Positions 9,094 to 18,609 of a stretch of 64,000 bases of DNA are shown piece by piece. Each line of letters begins with the position of its first letter. The first letter of the stretch is position 1. The notes beneath the pieces were generated by a model. It ran no database searches, had not been told where the DNA came from, and saw only the letters and a program-made list of their open reading frames with translations. The position numbers and the translations under genes are program-made. Source of the DNA: Candidatus Woesearchaeota archaeon (GTDB lineage Archaea; Nanobdellota; Nanobdellia; Woesearchaeales; SKGA01); the NCBI GenBank assembly GCA_016926395.1, contig JAFGOT010000014.1, forward strand, positions 32,058 through 96,057, in the 5' to 3' direction.

Positions 9094-9588
9094 TTAATAA
9101 TCATCATCGGGGTAGAAGTCATCATCGTCTTGGAATTTGTTTAATCTGAAATTGTTAATCTTTGGGATTATTGGAGGGATTATTGGTGGTAGTGGTTTGT
9201 TAAACGAGCTGTTGAATTTGTTATTAAATCCATCATCATAATCATCATCGAACTGTTTATTTCCAAAATTAGTATTTATTGGTGGGATGTATGGTTTATT
9301 GTATGAGCTGTTAAATGAATCATGTAGATCTCTTCGTCTGTCTTCTTCCATTCTGTCAAACATTTCTTGTTGTTGTATTCTTTGTTCTTCTTTTCTGTCT
9401 AGTTCTCTTTGTCTTGCTTTTTCTTGTTGACCTTTAACTAAATTATCGTATTCTCTGCAGGCTCCTTCCCATTGTTTAATAAAAAAATAACTACCTGCGC
9501 CTGTTCCTGGATGTCTTCCTGGTCCGCTTCTAAGAAGATTTCTTTGATATGGTGTCAAACCATCATCGTCATCATCAAAATAGCTCAT
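9094..9588 (-). CDS. Low-complexity D/N/P-rich hypothetical protein
   Basis: Open 164 codons; two FNSS.NKP..PP..N..NK..DDD repeats. Confidence 0.6.
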   Translation of the reverse strand: MSYFDDDDDGLTPYQRNLLRSGPGRHPGTGAGSYFFIKQWEGACREYDNLVKGQQEKARQRELDRKEEQRIQQQEMFDRMEEDRRRDLHDSFNSSYNKPYIPPINTNFGNKQFDDDYDDGFNNKFNSSFNKPLPPIIPPIIPKINNFRLNKFQDDDDFYPDDDY

Positions 9589-9630
9589 AATAGACCTATT
9601 TGGTTTAGAATTTATAATATTTGTGTCTTT

Positions 9631-11841
9631 TTAAGGCTGATACTTAAGCTCTTTCTTTGTGCCTGAGGCTTTGTTTGCTTTCTTCTTTTTCTCTATTTCT
9701 TTTGAGAAGTCGTGATTTTCATAATCTGGATACTTTGGCTCTTTTGTGCTTAGTCTTAATGCAATTTTTTTTATTGTGGATATTATTATTTTAAGAATAA
9801 TTATAATCATAATTACTAAACTCACAACAGATATTATGGTTGCAACTTCCATTGTTGAATCATTCTCGTCAAGTCCTAAAACTCTAGCAATAAACTTTGT
9901 GACTTTTGCGTTGACTACGTTTGTTGCAACCATTGCCTTTTGAACTGGTGTTAAGTTAACGAGCTTTGTGGTTTCTACTGCCTCAATTACTTGTCGCTCT
10001 CCATAACTATCAGTGTATTCTATTTCTATTACTATGTCATTTTCATTAAAACCAAGATTACTTCCTGCTAATGTAAATTCAAACTGTTTGTTTTCATCAA
10101 AAACAGGAAAATTCCATTCTTGAATAAATAGAGGATGTTTAACTCTAACAATCGCATCCTTAGCCGAAGCAAATGATTCTTTATTTACTTGAATTGTTAA
10201 TGCTTTTTGATCTTTAAATCCTATTGTGTCATCAATGCTAACATTTCCTATACTCAGTTTTGCATTATCAATTGCTTTAAATGTTACATAAATATCTGCG
10301 CTAGTGCCTTTTTTGGTTTGGGTTAAAGTTAATGTTCTAACACCTATTTTCTCAGCACTATAAGTAAATGTAACTTCATCATTTAGGTTTTCGATCTTTT
10401 TACAATTAACATCAAGACAGACACGAAGTGGAAGCTGTGCATCAAGGAAAGGAGAGCAGGTTATTTCAATAGTATCATTAATCATAACTTGACCAGGAGA
10501 AGAACAATAAACTTCAACAGGAATTTTTTGGTCTTCACTGATTAAAAATTGACTCATATAATTCTTGCCATAAATTTCTCCTCTATCAAGAACGGTAACT
10601 TTTGTCGTTGCTGGTCCTCCTTCAACATATGCTGTGAACGGATATGTATAAATCATGTATGGGTCAAGATTAGAGCTTGACTTGATTAAGAAAGGTATTG
10701 TCTTAACCTCATATGGTTCTAAAAAAATAAATTGTGTAAGTGGTCCTTCTTGTTCTATTTCTAAAGTGTTGGCCATCTGAACAAATTCAACAATATAATG
10801 GTTGGCAGTATTTTTAATCTCTAAATAAATAACATCATATGATCCAAAACCAATTGCTTCCTCTTCAGCATAAAGACGAGTCTTTGTAGCTTTATCTTTG
10901 AAAGGTCCTGTTTTTATAACGTCTGTTGCGAATTCTAAACTTCCTGTGTTAACATCGTATGTGTCTTGTTGACCTTTATGAGAATACTTTATGCTATTGC
11001 TTGAACCATCAACATCTTTACGAAGAGAAATGTGACTTGCATCAACATAACCTAACTGTCTATATGTGATATCAAATGGAACCCAACCAACATCGGGGAA
11101 ATAAACTTCAGCCCAACCATGATTGCCCCAAGGATAATCAAACAAATCAGAATCAGTATATGCGACGCCTGAAACGAAACGAGCAGGAACGCCAAGTTCT
11201 CTGTTAAACGAGATGAACAAATTAGTTATTTCATCACAAACACCCCGTCTCTCTTTCATAACCCACGAAGAAGGTTCATTAGCATCGGCAGTTACTGAAC
11301 TAAGATTGTATTGAATGTTATCTTCAACCCAAGTTGCAAGAAAAAACTCAAGCTCAAACAAATCATCGATTCCATTTGCTAGATTACTTGCTTGTTGTCG
11401 GATATCATTATTAGAATCAATACTTTCTGTGAACTCAGTATATTTAGCAACATCATTAGGGATGTCGGTTATTGGAAAAGGTATTTTTTTAGTTATTGGA
11501 GTTCTTGTTCCTTGAGTTTGAATTACAGATTCAATATTAAAACCAATATAGTTCTTAGAATAACCCTCTTCTCTAAATGTTATTTTGTCATCTTCAATTT
11601 TATATGGTGTTGGTTTGAATGCAGAAGAAATAACTTCCTGACGATACGTATTTTGAGGAACTAAATAAAGAGTAGAATCAAAATATTCCATAACAACAGG
11701 AATTTTAAGAGGAATGATGTTGATATCATTTTCAATAGTCTGCTTTAAGGTCATAGACTCATATTGAGTATATTCATTAGCACTTGCTAGAGAAATCAAT
11801 AGTAAGAATATAATAAAAATAAACAAACCTCTTTTCATCAA
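9631..11841 (-). CDS. Secreted, C-terminally anchored transglutaminase-like protein
   Basis: Signal peptide; GVCDEITNLF..LGVPARFVSG, HGWAEVY, WVPFD (Cys-His-Asp triad); C-terminal TM. Confidence 0.85.
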   Translation of the reverse strand: MMKRGLFIFIIFLLLISLASANEYTQYESMTLKQTIENDINIIPLKIPVVMEYFDSTLYLVPQNTYRQEVISSAFKPTPYKIEDDKITFREEGYSKNYIGFNIESVIQTQGTRTPITKKIPFPITDIPNDVAKYTEFTESIDSNNDIRQQASNLANGIDDLFELEFFLATWVEDNIQYNLSSVTADANEPSSWVMKERRGVCDEITNLFISFNRELGVPARFVSGVAYTDSDLFDYPWGNHGWAEVYFPDVGWVPFDITYRQLGYVDASHISLRKDVDGSSNSIKYSHKGQQDTYDVNTGSLEFATDVIKTGPFKDKATKTRLYAEEEAIGFGSYDVIYLEIKNTANHYIVEFVQMANTLEIEQEGPLTQFIFLEPYEVKTIPFLIKSSSNLDPYMIYTYPFTAYVEGGPATTKVTVLDRGEIYGKNYMSQFLISEDQKIPVEVYCSSPGQVMINDTIEITCSPFLDAQLPLRVCLDVNCKKIENLNDEVTFTYSAEKIGVRTLTLTQTKKGTSADIYVTFKAIDNAKLSIGNVSIDDTIGFKDQKALTIQVNKESFASAKDAIVRVKHPLFIQEWNFPVFDENKQFEFTLAGSNLGFNENDIVIEIEYTDSYGERQVIEAVETTKLVNLTPVQKAMVATNVVNAKVTKFIARVLGLDENDSTMEVATIISVVSLVIMIIIILKIIISTIKKIALRLSTKEPKYPDYENHDFSKEIEKKKKANKASGTKKELKYQP

Positions 11842-11887
11842 TCAAAAAAGAGGGATTTGACTTTAAAAACCTTATGTTAAACCAGTT

Positions 11888-12601
11888 TTAATCAAGAAGA
11901 TTAATACCAACAAATTCACCGTCTGATGTGAATCTATCTATTTCTTTAAACTCTAAAGGTCCGTCACCTAGCATCTGAGCGGTGAAAAACTCAACATCTG
12001 GGTAAACTTTATCTTTAAGAGCTTCATCTCTGGTCATAAACAAATTCTCTCCTTCTCTGTCCTTAGATTTTAACTCTCCAGATAATCCTGTTGCTAAGAA
12101 GAAGAATCCTATAACATGATGGGTTAATTCATTTGTTTCTTTATCATAAGTTCTAAAATTAGTAATAAGACGAAGTTCAAATTTTTCTGCGCTCATTCCT
12201 GTTTCTTCAAGTAATTCTCTGGCTGCTTCTTCGGGCAGACGAGAACCAAATTCTACTTTTCCACCTGGAATTCCTACATAATTTAGAAATGGTTGTTTAG
12301 CACGACGATTCATAAGAAGTTTATCGCCATCTTTTCCAAGGACAAAAGTGCAAACAATCGGTTTTTTCTTCTGGACAATATCAACACCATCAATGCTAGC
12401 AATTAAGTGTATGCCTTCGCTTGTAAGTTCGTAAATATCTTCGTTTTTCTTAACAATGTCCTCTTCAACAAGTTTGTTTAGATAATATGCAAACTTATTA
12501 GAAGGAACTTCATCTCGAAGCTTATTATAGCTCATGCCCTTATTGTACATTAATTTTTTTAGTATTTGTTGTGATATGTCCATCTTAAAGTTAGAAAACA
12601 C
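11888..12601 (-). CDS. Winged-HTH + NUDIX hydrolase fusion
   Basis: N-terminal wHTH; GGKVEFGSRLPEEAARELLEETG Nudix box. Confidence 0.85.
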   Translation of the reverse strand: MFSNFKMDISQQILKKLMYNKGMSYNKLRDEVPSNKFAYYLNKLVEEDIVKKNEDIYELTSEGIHLIASIDGVDIVQKKKPIVCTFVLGKDGDKLLMNRRAKQPFLNYVGIPGGKVEFGSRLPEEAARELLEETGMSAEKFELRLITNFRTYDKETNELTHHVIGFFFLATGLSGELKSKDREGENLFMTRDEALKDKVYPDVEFFTAQMLGDGPLEFKEIDRFTSDGEFVGINLLD

Positions 12602-12703
12602 TAGCTAGTATAAAAAGATAAATGTCTAATAATTTTGACAAAGAATTACTAAACTTAAAAATCTATGGAAAGGTATAAAAACTACTAAAACAAGATTTTT
12701 TGT

Positions 12704-13381
12704 ATGGGGGCAATTGCAGGTATAGATGAGGCTGGTCGAGGACCGGTTTTAGGGCCTATGGTTATGGCGATAGTAGCTTGCGAACCAAAAGACAAAATAC
12801 TTTTACAAAAAATGGGTGTAAAAGACTCCAAACTCTTAACTCCTAAGAAAAGAAATGATTTATTTCGTTTAATACGAAAACACTTTGCTCATGCAATAAT
12901 AAACGTTCCTGTGGATGAAATCGACAAACACGTTGATGGAAAAACATCCTCCCTAAACAGACTTGAAGCAATAACAAGCGGGAAACTAATACGTCGAATA
13001 TGTGAAAAAACTTCTGTTTCTAAAGTAATACTTGATCTTCCAAGTAAGAATAAAGAAAGCTACATAAAAGATGTGAGAGAAAAATTATCCTTTCCAGAAA
13101 ATGCTATTCCTATAACTGCAGAATACAAGGCAGACCTTAATCACATAGAAGTATCTGCTGCGTCAATTCTTGCAAAAGTAACAAGAGATAAAGCGCTTAA
13201 AACAATGGAGAAAAAAATAGGTGTGCAAATTGGTTCAGGATACCCTGCAGATCCAAATACAATAAAATCATTGGATGAAAATTTTAAATTATTAGTTAAA
13301 GAAAAATTAGTTAGAATGAGTTGGAAGACTACAAAAGAACTAATTGAAAAACATGCTCAAAGGAGACTTGGAGATTTTTAG
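12704..13381 (+). CDS. rnhB: Ribonuclease HII
   Basis: GIDEAGRGPVLGPMV, KDSKLL, VSAASILAKVTRD, GSGYP. Confidence 0.97.
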   Translation: MGAIAGIDEAGRGPVLGPMVMAIVACEPKDKILLQKMGVKDSKLLTPKKRNDLFRLIRKHFAHAIINVPVDEIDKHVDGKTSSLNRLEAITSGKLIRRICEKTSVSKVILDLPSKNKESYIKDVREKLSFPENAIPITAEYKADLNHIEVSAASILAKVTRDKALKTMEKKIGVQIGSGYPADPNTIKSLDENFKLLVKEKLVRMSWKTTKELIEKHAQRRLGDF

Positions 13382-14007
13382 TTTTGCTTTTTTCTAAAAA
13401 TAAATATTATTGATAAAAATAAATATATTGCTACAGTGCTTACTATATAATTTATTATTTGAAAAGAATATTTTCCTTCTTTAACTTCGGGTATTTTATT
13501 AGAACCAAGCATGACAAATGAAGATTTTGAATCAGCTTCTATTTTTAAAATAAGTTTTGTTGCTTTTTCTTCAGGTGTAACTTGAAATGTGCACCTTGCT
13601 TCATCTAGGACGTATTCATAATTAAATAATAATGACATTTCACAAGGTATTGGAAAAACATTTAATTTGAATAATTTTAACTCAACATAAGGATAATTAA
13701 GATCTGTTAGAAAAACCACTTTATTTGCGATTTTAGTGGCGTTTTGATTAAGTTTCGTCCATATTTCTGTTTTCTGTTTTTCAAGACTAGAAACAATATC
13801 TGGATTAGGTTGAATTTCGATTTTGTCGTTGATTTGTTTTATTTCATTTATTTTTTCTGTAAATACTATTTGAGCATCAATATAATTTTTAATTATCGGA
13901 GGAAAAACCAAGAAAGATATTAAGAATAGAATAAAGAAAATCCCTGTAATTATTAATTTTAATTTAGTTGGCTTAAAAATTTCAATAATCTTTTTTTTAA
14001 AGCTCAT
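13378..14007 (-). CDS. Membrane protein, unknown function
   Basis: N- and C-terminal TM helices. Confidence 0.65.
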   Translation of the reverse strand: MSFKKKIIEIFKPTKLKLIITGIFFILFLISFLVFPPIIKNYIDAQIVFTEKINEIKQINDKIEIQPNPDIVSSLEKQKTEIWTKLNQNATKIANKVVFLTDLNYPYVELKLFKLNVFPIPCEMSLLFNYEYVLDEARCTFQVTPEEKATKLILKIEADSKSSFVMLGSNKIPEVKEGKYSFQIINYIVSTVAIYLFLSIIFIFRKKQN

Positions 14008-14043
14008 AATAATTTTTTTGACATTGTAGATATTTAAATATAT

Positions 14044-14967
14044 TTAATTAAGAACAGAATTTATCGCATCAAATAACTCTTCTTGATTCTTTGCGTCATT
14101 AAGCATCAAACGTGCTTTTGATCCTCCTTCTATTCCTTTAGTGACGTGCTGTGCCTGAAGCTTTTGATGAAGAAAAGGAATGTCGTATTCTTTTGCCAAC
14201 TCAAGATAGCGTTTGAAAAGAACAGATCTCTTTTGATTTGTAAGAGGTTCATAATTGCCATTAGATAAAAAATCTTTAACTTGAGAAAACAAATAAGGAT
14301 TACCTGAAGCGCCTCGACCAATTGCAACACCTGAAATATAATCTTTATCAAGTCTTTGTTTTGCAATCTCTGGAGAATTAATATCACCATTACCAATAAT
14401 AGGAATAGAAACTTCTTTAGCAACATTTTTTATGACTTCCCAATCTGCAAGACCACTGTAACCTTGCTTTTGAGTTCGACCATGAATTGTAATAAATGAC
14501 GCGCCTGCTTTTTCAAGTTCTTTTGAAACAACTAATGCTTTGTCTGGCTTGTCAATACCTAAACGAATTTTAGCACTCACAGGAATTGAAACAGAATCAA
14601 CAATTTCTCTAACGATTTCTCCGGCCAGTTTTGGATTTCCTGTTAATTCACAACCGGCACCAACATCCATAACTTTAGTTACTGGGCAACCCATATTAAC
14701 ATCAATAATATTACATTTACTTTCAACAAGACTTGCAGCTTTAGTCATTGAATCAGGTTTAGAACCAAAAAGTTGGATAGCAAAATTATTTTCATTACTA
14801 GCTTTTATTATTTGTTTCCAAGAATTTTCTTGATGACGAATTAAACCTTCTGCACTAGTTAATTCACTAACAGTCATATCTGCTCCATTCTCAACACAAA
14901 GAGAACGAAAAGCAACATCTGTAATACGTGCCATTGGTGCGAGATTAACTTTATACTTAAAAGCCAT
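14044..14967 (-). CDS. dusB: tRNA-dihydrouridine synthase
   Basis: LAPMARITD, QLFGS, DVNMGCPV, KIRLG, IHGRT, GNGDI. Confidence 0.95.
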   Translation of the reverse strand: MAFKYKVNLAPMARITDVAFRSLCVENGADMTVSELTSAEGLIRHQENSWKQIIKASNENNFAIQLFGSKPDSMTKAASLVESKCNIIDVNMGCPVTKVMDVGAGCELTGNPKLAGEIVREIVDSVSIPVSAKIRLGIDKPDKALVVSKELEKAGASFITIHGRTQKQGYSGLADWEVIKNVAKEVSIPIIGNGDINSPEIAKQRLDKDYISGVAIGRGASGNPYLFSQVKDFLSNGNYEPLTNQKRSVLFKRYLELAKEYDIPFLHQKLQAQHVTKGIEGGSKARLMLNDAKNQEELFDAINSVLN

Positions 14968-15072
14968 AAAAAAAGAACTATTTTTTTTATTTATAAATGC
15001 ATCTTTTCACGCAAAAGCTGCACAAAATTGGTGGAGTAAATTTGGTAGCACAAAAAAGTTAGAATGAATATT

Positions 15073-15108
15073 AAAAAAGAAAAAGAAGCGAGGAAATGGC
15101 TCCTCGCT
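15073..15108 (-). terminator. GC stem-loop followed by U-tract
   Basis: AGCGAGGA/TCCTCGCT 8-bp stem (15087-15108), followed on the minus strand by TCTTTTTCTTTTTT. Confidence 0.55.
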
Positions 15109-15203
15109 CTTTGGTGTGTTTTTAGATCAAAAGAGGGCGTGAGCTCTTTTGACCTGAGGGCAGGTGTGTGTGAGGTCGAAAAAAACAAAATTGTTTTTTA
15201 TGA

Positions 15204-15377
15204 CTATAACTGAAAATCTCTATATCCTTTAAGAAATGCCACTTCGGCAGTTTCCAAAGCATCATCTTCAAGTAGTTGTTGGGCGTAATCTTCTTGATAT
15301 ATATCCAGAGCATCGCCCAGCTCTAAATACTCATCAAATTCTCTATCTAAATCTTGTTGCAACGTTTTTAGATTCAT
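15204..15377 (-). CDS. Small acidic protein, paralog of 21237..21389
   Basis: GGAGGGGG SD before ATG 15377; C-terminal EVAFLKGY motif. Confidence 0.75.
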   Translation of the reverse strand: MNLKTLQQDLDREFDEYLELGDALDIYQEDYAQQLLEDDALETAEVAFLKGYRDFQL

Positions 15378-15525
15378 TAAAACCCCCTCCACGAAGTATG
15401 TTAATTTGTTGTATAGTAATTATAGGTTGCTTTCTTTTTAAATGGTGTTAAGAATAGTTACAGACTCTGTATCTGTATTTTTAATCCGTAAAGCTTAAAA
15501 GTCAATCATCATCTTACTTTTTCTT

Positions 15526-16203
15526 ATGAGGATATTAAATGTAGATGCTCCGCTATGGTTTATACAGTGTGAGATAGGAATTCAACTAATTTTTGCCATC
15601 GTAACGCTTCTAGTGGCTTTTTATGCATACAGAGTGTATAGAATTGCTAGACAAAAAAATTCTTTTTATCTTGGCGCCGGATTCTTAAGCATAAGCATCG
15701 CATACTTCATACAAGCTTTTTTTAACTTTTTATTACTAAGACGAGTGACGACTTGTGGTTTCTTAAGTTTCATGGCAGGACACCCTGTTCAGTCAACAAT
15801 GACTTTAAGTGTATTGGTGGTTTTTTTACACATGGTGTTTATGGTGGCAGGATTTTCAGTACTATCATATATAACACTAAAAGAAAGAAACATAAAATCA
15901 TTTTACTTAATACTTGCATTATCTATTGCATCGCTTGTTTTTGCAGCAAATATGTCGATAATGTTTTATGTCTTACTAACAATAATGTTAGCATTTATTA
16001 CAATACAGTATAGTTTAAGGTTTAACAAAAAACCAACTACAGATACATTCATCGTGTTCTTAGGTTTTGGCATGGTGTTTTTAGGAACAATACAACTAGC
16101 ACTGGCATCAGCTCTTGGTGCACTTTACGTTTCAGGTCACATAGTAACTTTAGCAGGTTATTTTTTACTATTAATCAATTTAATGAGAGTGGTTAGAAAA
16201 TAA
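15526..16203 (+). CDS. Multi-pass (about 7 TM) membrane protein, putative sensor
   Basis: Alternating hydrophobic helices; directly upstream of a wHTH gene. Confidence 0.7.
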   Translation: MRILNVDAPLWFIQCEIGIQLIFAIVTLLVAFYAYRVYRIARQKNSFYLGAGFLSISIAYFIQAFFNFLLLRRVTTCGFLSFMAGHPVQSTMTLSVLVVFLHMVFMVAGFSVLSYITLKERNIKSFYLILALSIASLVFAANMSIMFYVLLTIMLAFITIQYSLRFNKKPTTDTFIVFLGFGMVFLGTIQLALASALGALYVSGHIVTLAGYFLLLINLMRVVRK

Positions 16204-16299
16204 TTGTTGTTAATTTTTTTTAGGTGAGTTTATCTTTTTTATTTGAGGTCAAAGTGTGCAAAAATAAATCATTTTTGAACATTTTAACAGGAGTTAAAA

Positions 16300-16593
16300 G
16301 TGAGTAAAAAACGAGGTCGTTTACAAATAATTTATGACATATTACAGGCAGTTCGAGCTAAAGGCGGAACTATAAAACCAACTCACTTATTATACAAATC
16401 AAACTTATCTCATCAAATGATGGGTGAATACTTAAAAGAATTAATGGGGAAAAACTTCATAAAAGAAGAAGTGGGACCTAAAGGAAAATCAAAAGTTTAT
16501 GTTCTAGCACCAAAAGGTTATGACTATCTAACTGAATACAAAACAGTAACTAGATTTGTAGAATCATTTGGATTAGAAGATGAAGAAGTTTAA
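16300..16593 (+). CDS. Archaeal winged-helix transcription regulator (HTH_45-like)
   Basis: KRGRLQIIYDIL..KPTHLLYKSNLS..YLKEL..Y.L.PKG pattern; AGGAG SD. Confidence 0.85.
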   Translation: MSKKRGRLQIIYDILQAVRAKGGTIKPTHLLYKSNLSHQMMGEYLKELMGKNFIKEEVGPKGKSKVYVLAPKGYDYLTEYKTVTRFVESFGLEDEEV

Positions 16594-18590
16594 ACCATAA
16601 CAACATCGTGTTCTGATTTTATACCATAAATAAATACATAATTCCAAAATATTCCTTTCCATCGACCAATTTTTACAGCAAAACCTGCACGACGAAATTC
16701 TGCTCTTAGTTGATCAAGGTTATTAGACCAAGAAGAGTTAGGAATAAAACCAAAGAAGTCACTGAATTCAACAAAACAAATTTCTCCATGTTCAGGAAGG
16801 GTTTGAGCCATATCTTTTAAGACTAGATGAATATTTTGAATATAATCAAGAGAACCGATTGAAATGATAGCATCAACTTCGTGAATACTTGGATGAAGAC
16901 GACTAATAAGATGTTCATCATGGATTGGTTCAATATTTACTATTCCTTTTTTCTTAGCACGCTTCTTGATAATTTCAACATTTCCTTCGGATAAATCAAC
17001 AGGAATAACTTTACCTTGAGGGCCAACAACATTTGCTAAGTCAAGACTTAAAGTTCCAACAGTAGCATGAAAATCAACAACTGTCTTGCCATGTAAATCT
17101 TTAAACTCTCCAATAATTTTTTTACGAAGACTTCTTGGAAGATTATACTCCTCAAAGAAAACCGCGAATCGAGCAAAACGATTATTCATTTTTCTAGTCG
17201 CTTCAGGATTATAAAATAAAATAAGCAATACGTAAACAGGAATACCAACAGCAATTAAACTAACTGCTTTCCAAATAAGATGAACTTCTCCAGTCAAACG
17301 CATATATGAGAAAATAAGTAACCCAAAGATACCAACAAGAATAAACGGTCCAATACTTCCAAAAGGGAGTTTGAAAGGACGTTCAAGTTCTACATACTTT
17401 TTTCTAAAAATAGGGATGGTTATCATTGTCAAACTAAGAACCACAAGAACCAAAAGTAAGAAAACTTCATGAATTAATTTGTATGGATCATGATGATGTC
17501 TCATGTATAAAAAAAACATGAAAGCAGTAAAAATGGAGATTGCTATGCTTTGAAATAAAATACTTCGGTGAGGGGTTTTGAATTTTTTGTGAAGCTCTGT
17601 AAAACTTTCAAGTAAAAGACGGTCTCTTGCTAAACTTCTAAGAAGGTTAGGACCGATGAAAATCCAGACTAGAGCGGGTGTGATAATCATAAATGCAGTG
17701 CCTAAAAATAGTGCTTGCTGAGCTATAGTTCCGTGCCAAAGAGTACTTAGAATATCTTTGTGAGGTATTAGGGCTGAAGAATATTTATTAATTGGAAACA
17801 TACCAATAGAACCAATAACGTAGATTAAAGTGGTTACTGCTGCAACTGATAGTGCTGCTATGATTGCTTTAGGAATGGTTCGTCTAGATTTTGCTTCTTC
17901 TGATAAGAATGTGATAATTTCCATTCCCATAAAGGCCTCAGAAATAATAAATGTTGTAGCAAATAAAATAAGAAGACTAAACCCTGAGGTCTGACCAAAC
18001 AAACTAAAAAAATTACTAACCGCACCAGTTGAACTAAGAGAGATTGCTTCGATATTAAAAAATAACGGAAGAATCTGAAGGACTACTACGGACACTGTAA
18101 TTATTGATAGAATGACAAGAACTAACTTGTTTAAAGTTAATCCTCTAAAAACTAGGAAGTTAAGAAGAGCAATGATTGCAATACCAACTGCAAGTTTAAA
18201 CAAATAATCCATCATGGTATTTGCAGGATAAAAATATTCTAAAGCCCAAACAACAGCTAAACTAGCACTGATGTTTCCTGCAATCCAAGAAGTCCAACCA
18301 ACAATGAATGCCGTGAAGTGACCGTATGCTTTTTTTGCATAAACATACAGGTCGCCTGCTTTTGGAAACATAGAAACCAGTTCTGCTAACGCCATAGCAA
18401 TATAAAGACCAATACCAAAAGTTACAAGCCAAGCAATAAGCGATCTAGCGCCCATCATTTGAACACCAAGACCTGGAAGATATGTTAACGAGCTTGCAAA
18501 AATAGCGTTAAGAGTGATAAGAAAAATAACTCCAAAACCAACTTTTCTTCTAGTTGGCACTCCTTCAACTACGCCCTCGTTTTCAATCAT
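16590..18590 (-). CDS. APC-family amino-acid permease fused to a C-terminal class I SAM-methyltransferase-like domain
   Basis: LITLNAIF, ELVSMFPKAGDLYVYAK, LSEEAK, LARDRLL..HKKFKTPH; C-terminal Rossmann-like VVDFHATVG..VIPVDLS. Confidence 0.85.
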   Translation of the reverse strand: MIENEGVVEGVPTRRKVGFGVIFLITLNAIFASSLTYLPGLGVQMMGARSLIAWLVTFGIGLYIAMALAELVSMFPKAGDLYVYAKKAYGHFTAFIVGWTSWIAGNISASLAVVWALEYFYPANTMMDYLFKLAVGIAIIALLNFLVFRGLTLNKLVLVILSIITVSVVVLQILPLFFNIEAISLSSTGAVSNFFSLFGQTSGFSLLILFATTFIISEAFMGMEIITFLSEEAKSRRTIPKAIIAALSVAAVTTLIYVIGSIGMFPINKYSSALIPHKDILSTLWHGTIAQQALFLGTAFMIITPALVWIFIGPNLLRSLARDRLLLESFTELHKKFKTPHRSILFQSIAISIFTAFMFFLYMRHHHDPYKLIHEVFLLLVLVVLSLTMITIPIFRKKYVELERPFKLPFGSIGPFILVGIFGLLIFSYMRLTGEVHLIWKAVSLIAVGIPVYVLLILFYNPEATRKMNNRFARFAVFFEEYNLPRSLRKKIIGEFKDLHGKTVVDFHATVGTLSLDLANVVGPQGKVIPVDLSEGNVEIIKKRAKKKGIVNIEPIHDEHLISRLHPSIHEVDAIISIGSLDYIQNIHLVLKDMAQTLPEHGEICFVEFSDFFGFIPNSSWSNNLDQLRAEFRRAGFAVKIGRWKGIFWNYVFIYGIKSEHDVVMV

Positions 18591-18609
18591 ATGCTAATCA
18601 GAATTCAGT

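Noticed and set aside
15022-15052. tRNA D-arm-like ggtggagtaaatttggtagcac
   Set aside because: The D-stem is mismatched and no rest of a cloverleaf is present.
15120-15180. SRP RNA helix 8 (minus-strand CAGGTCAAAAGAGC)
   Set aside because: Lacks the GNRA loop and AGCA element, and there is no surrounding roughly 300-nt SRP fold.
15064-15213. Plus-strand 49-codon ORF across the hairpin region, and track ORFs 14991..15188 and 15122..15313
   Set aside because: No RBS or recognisable protein features; better explained as structured non-coding sequence.
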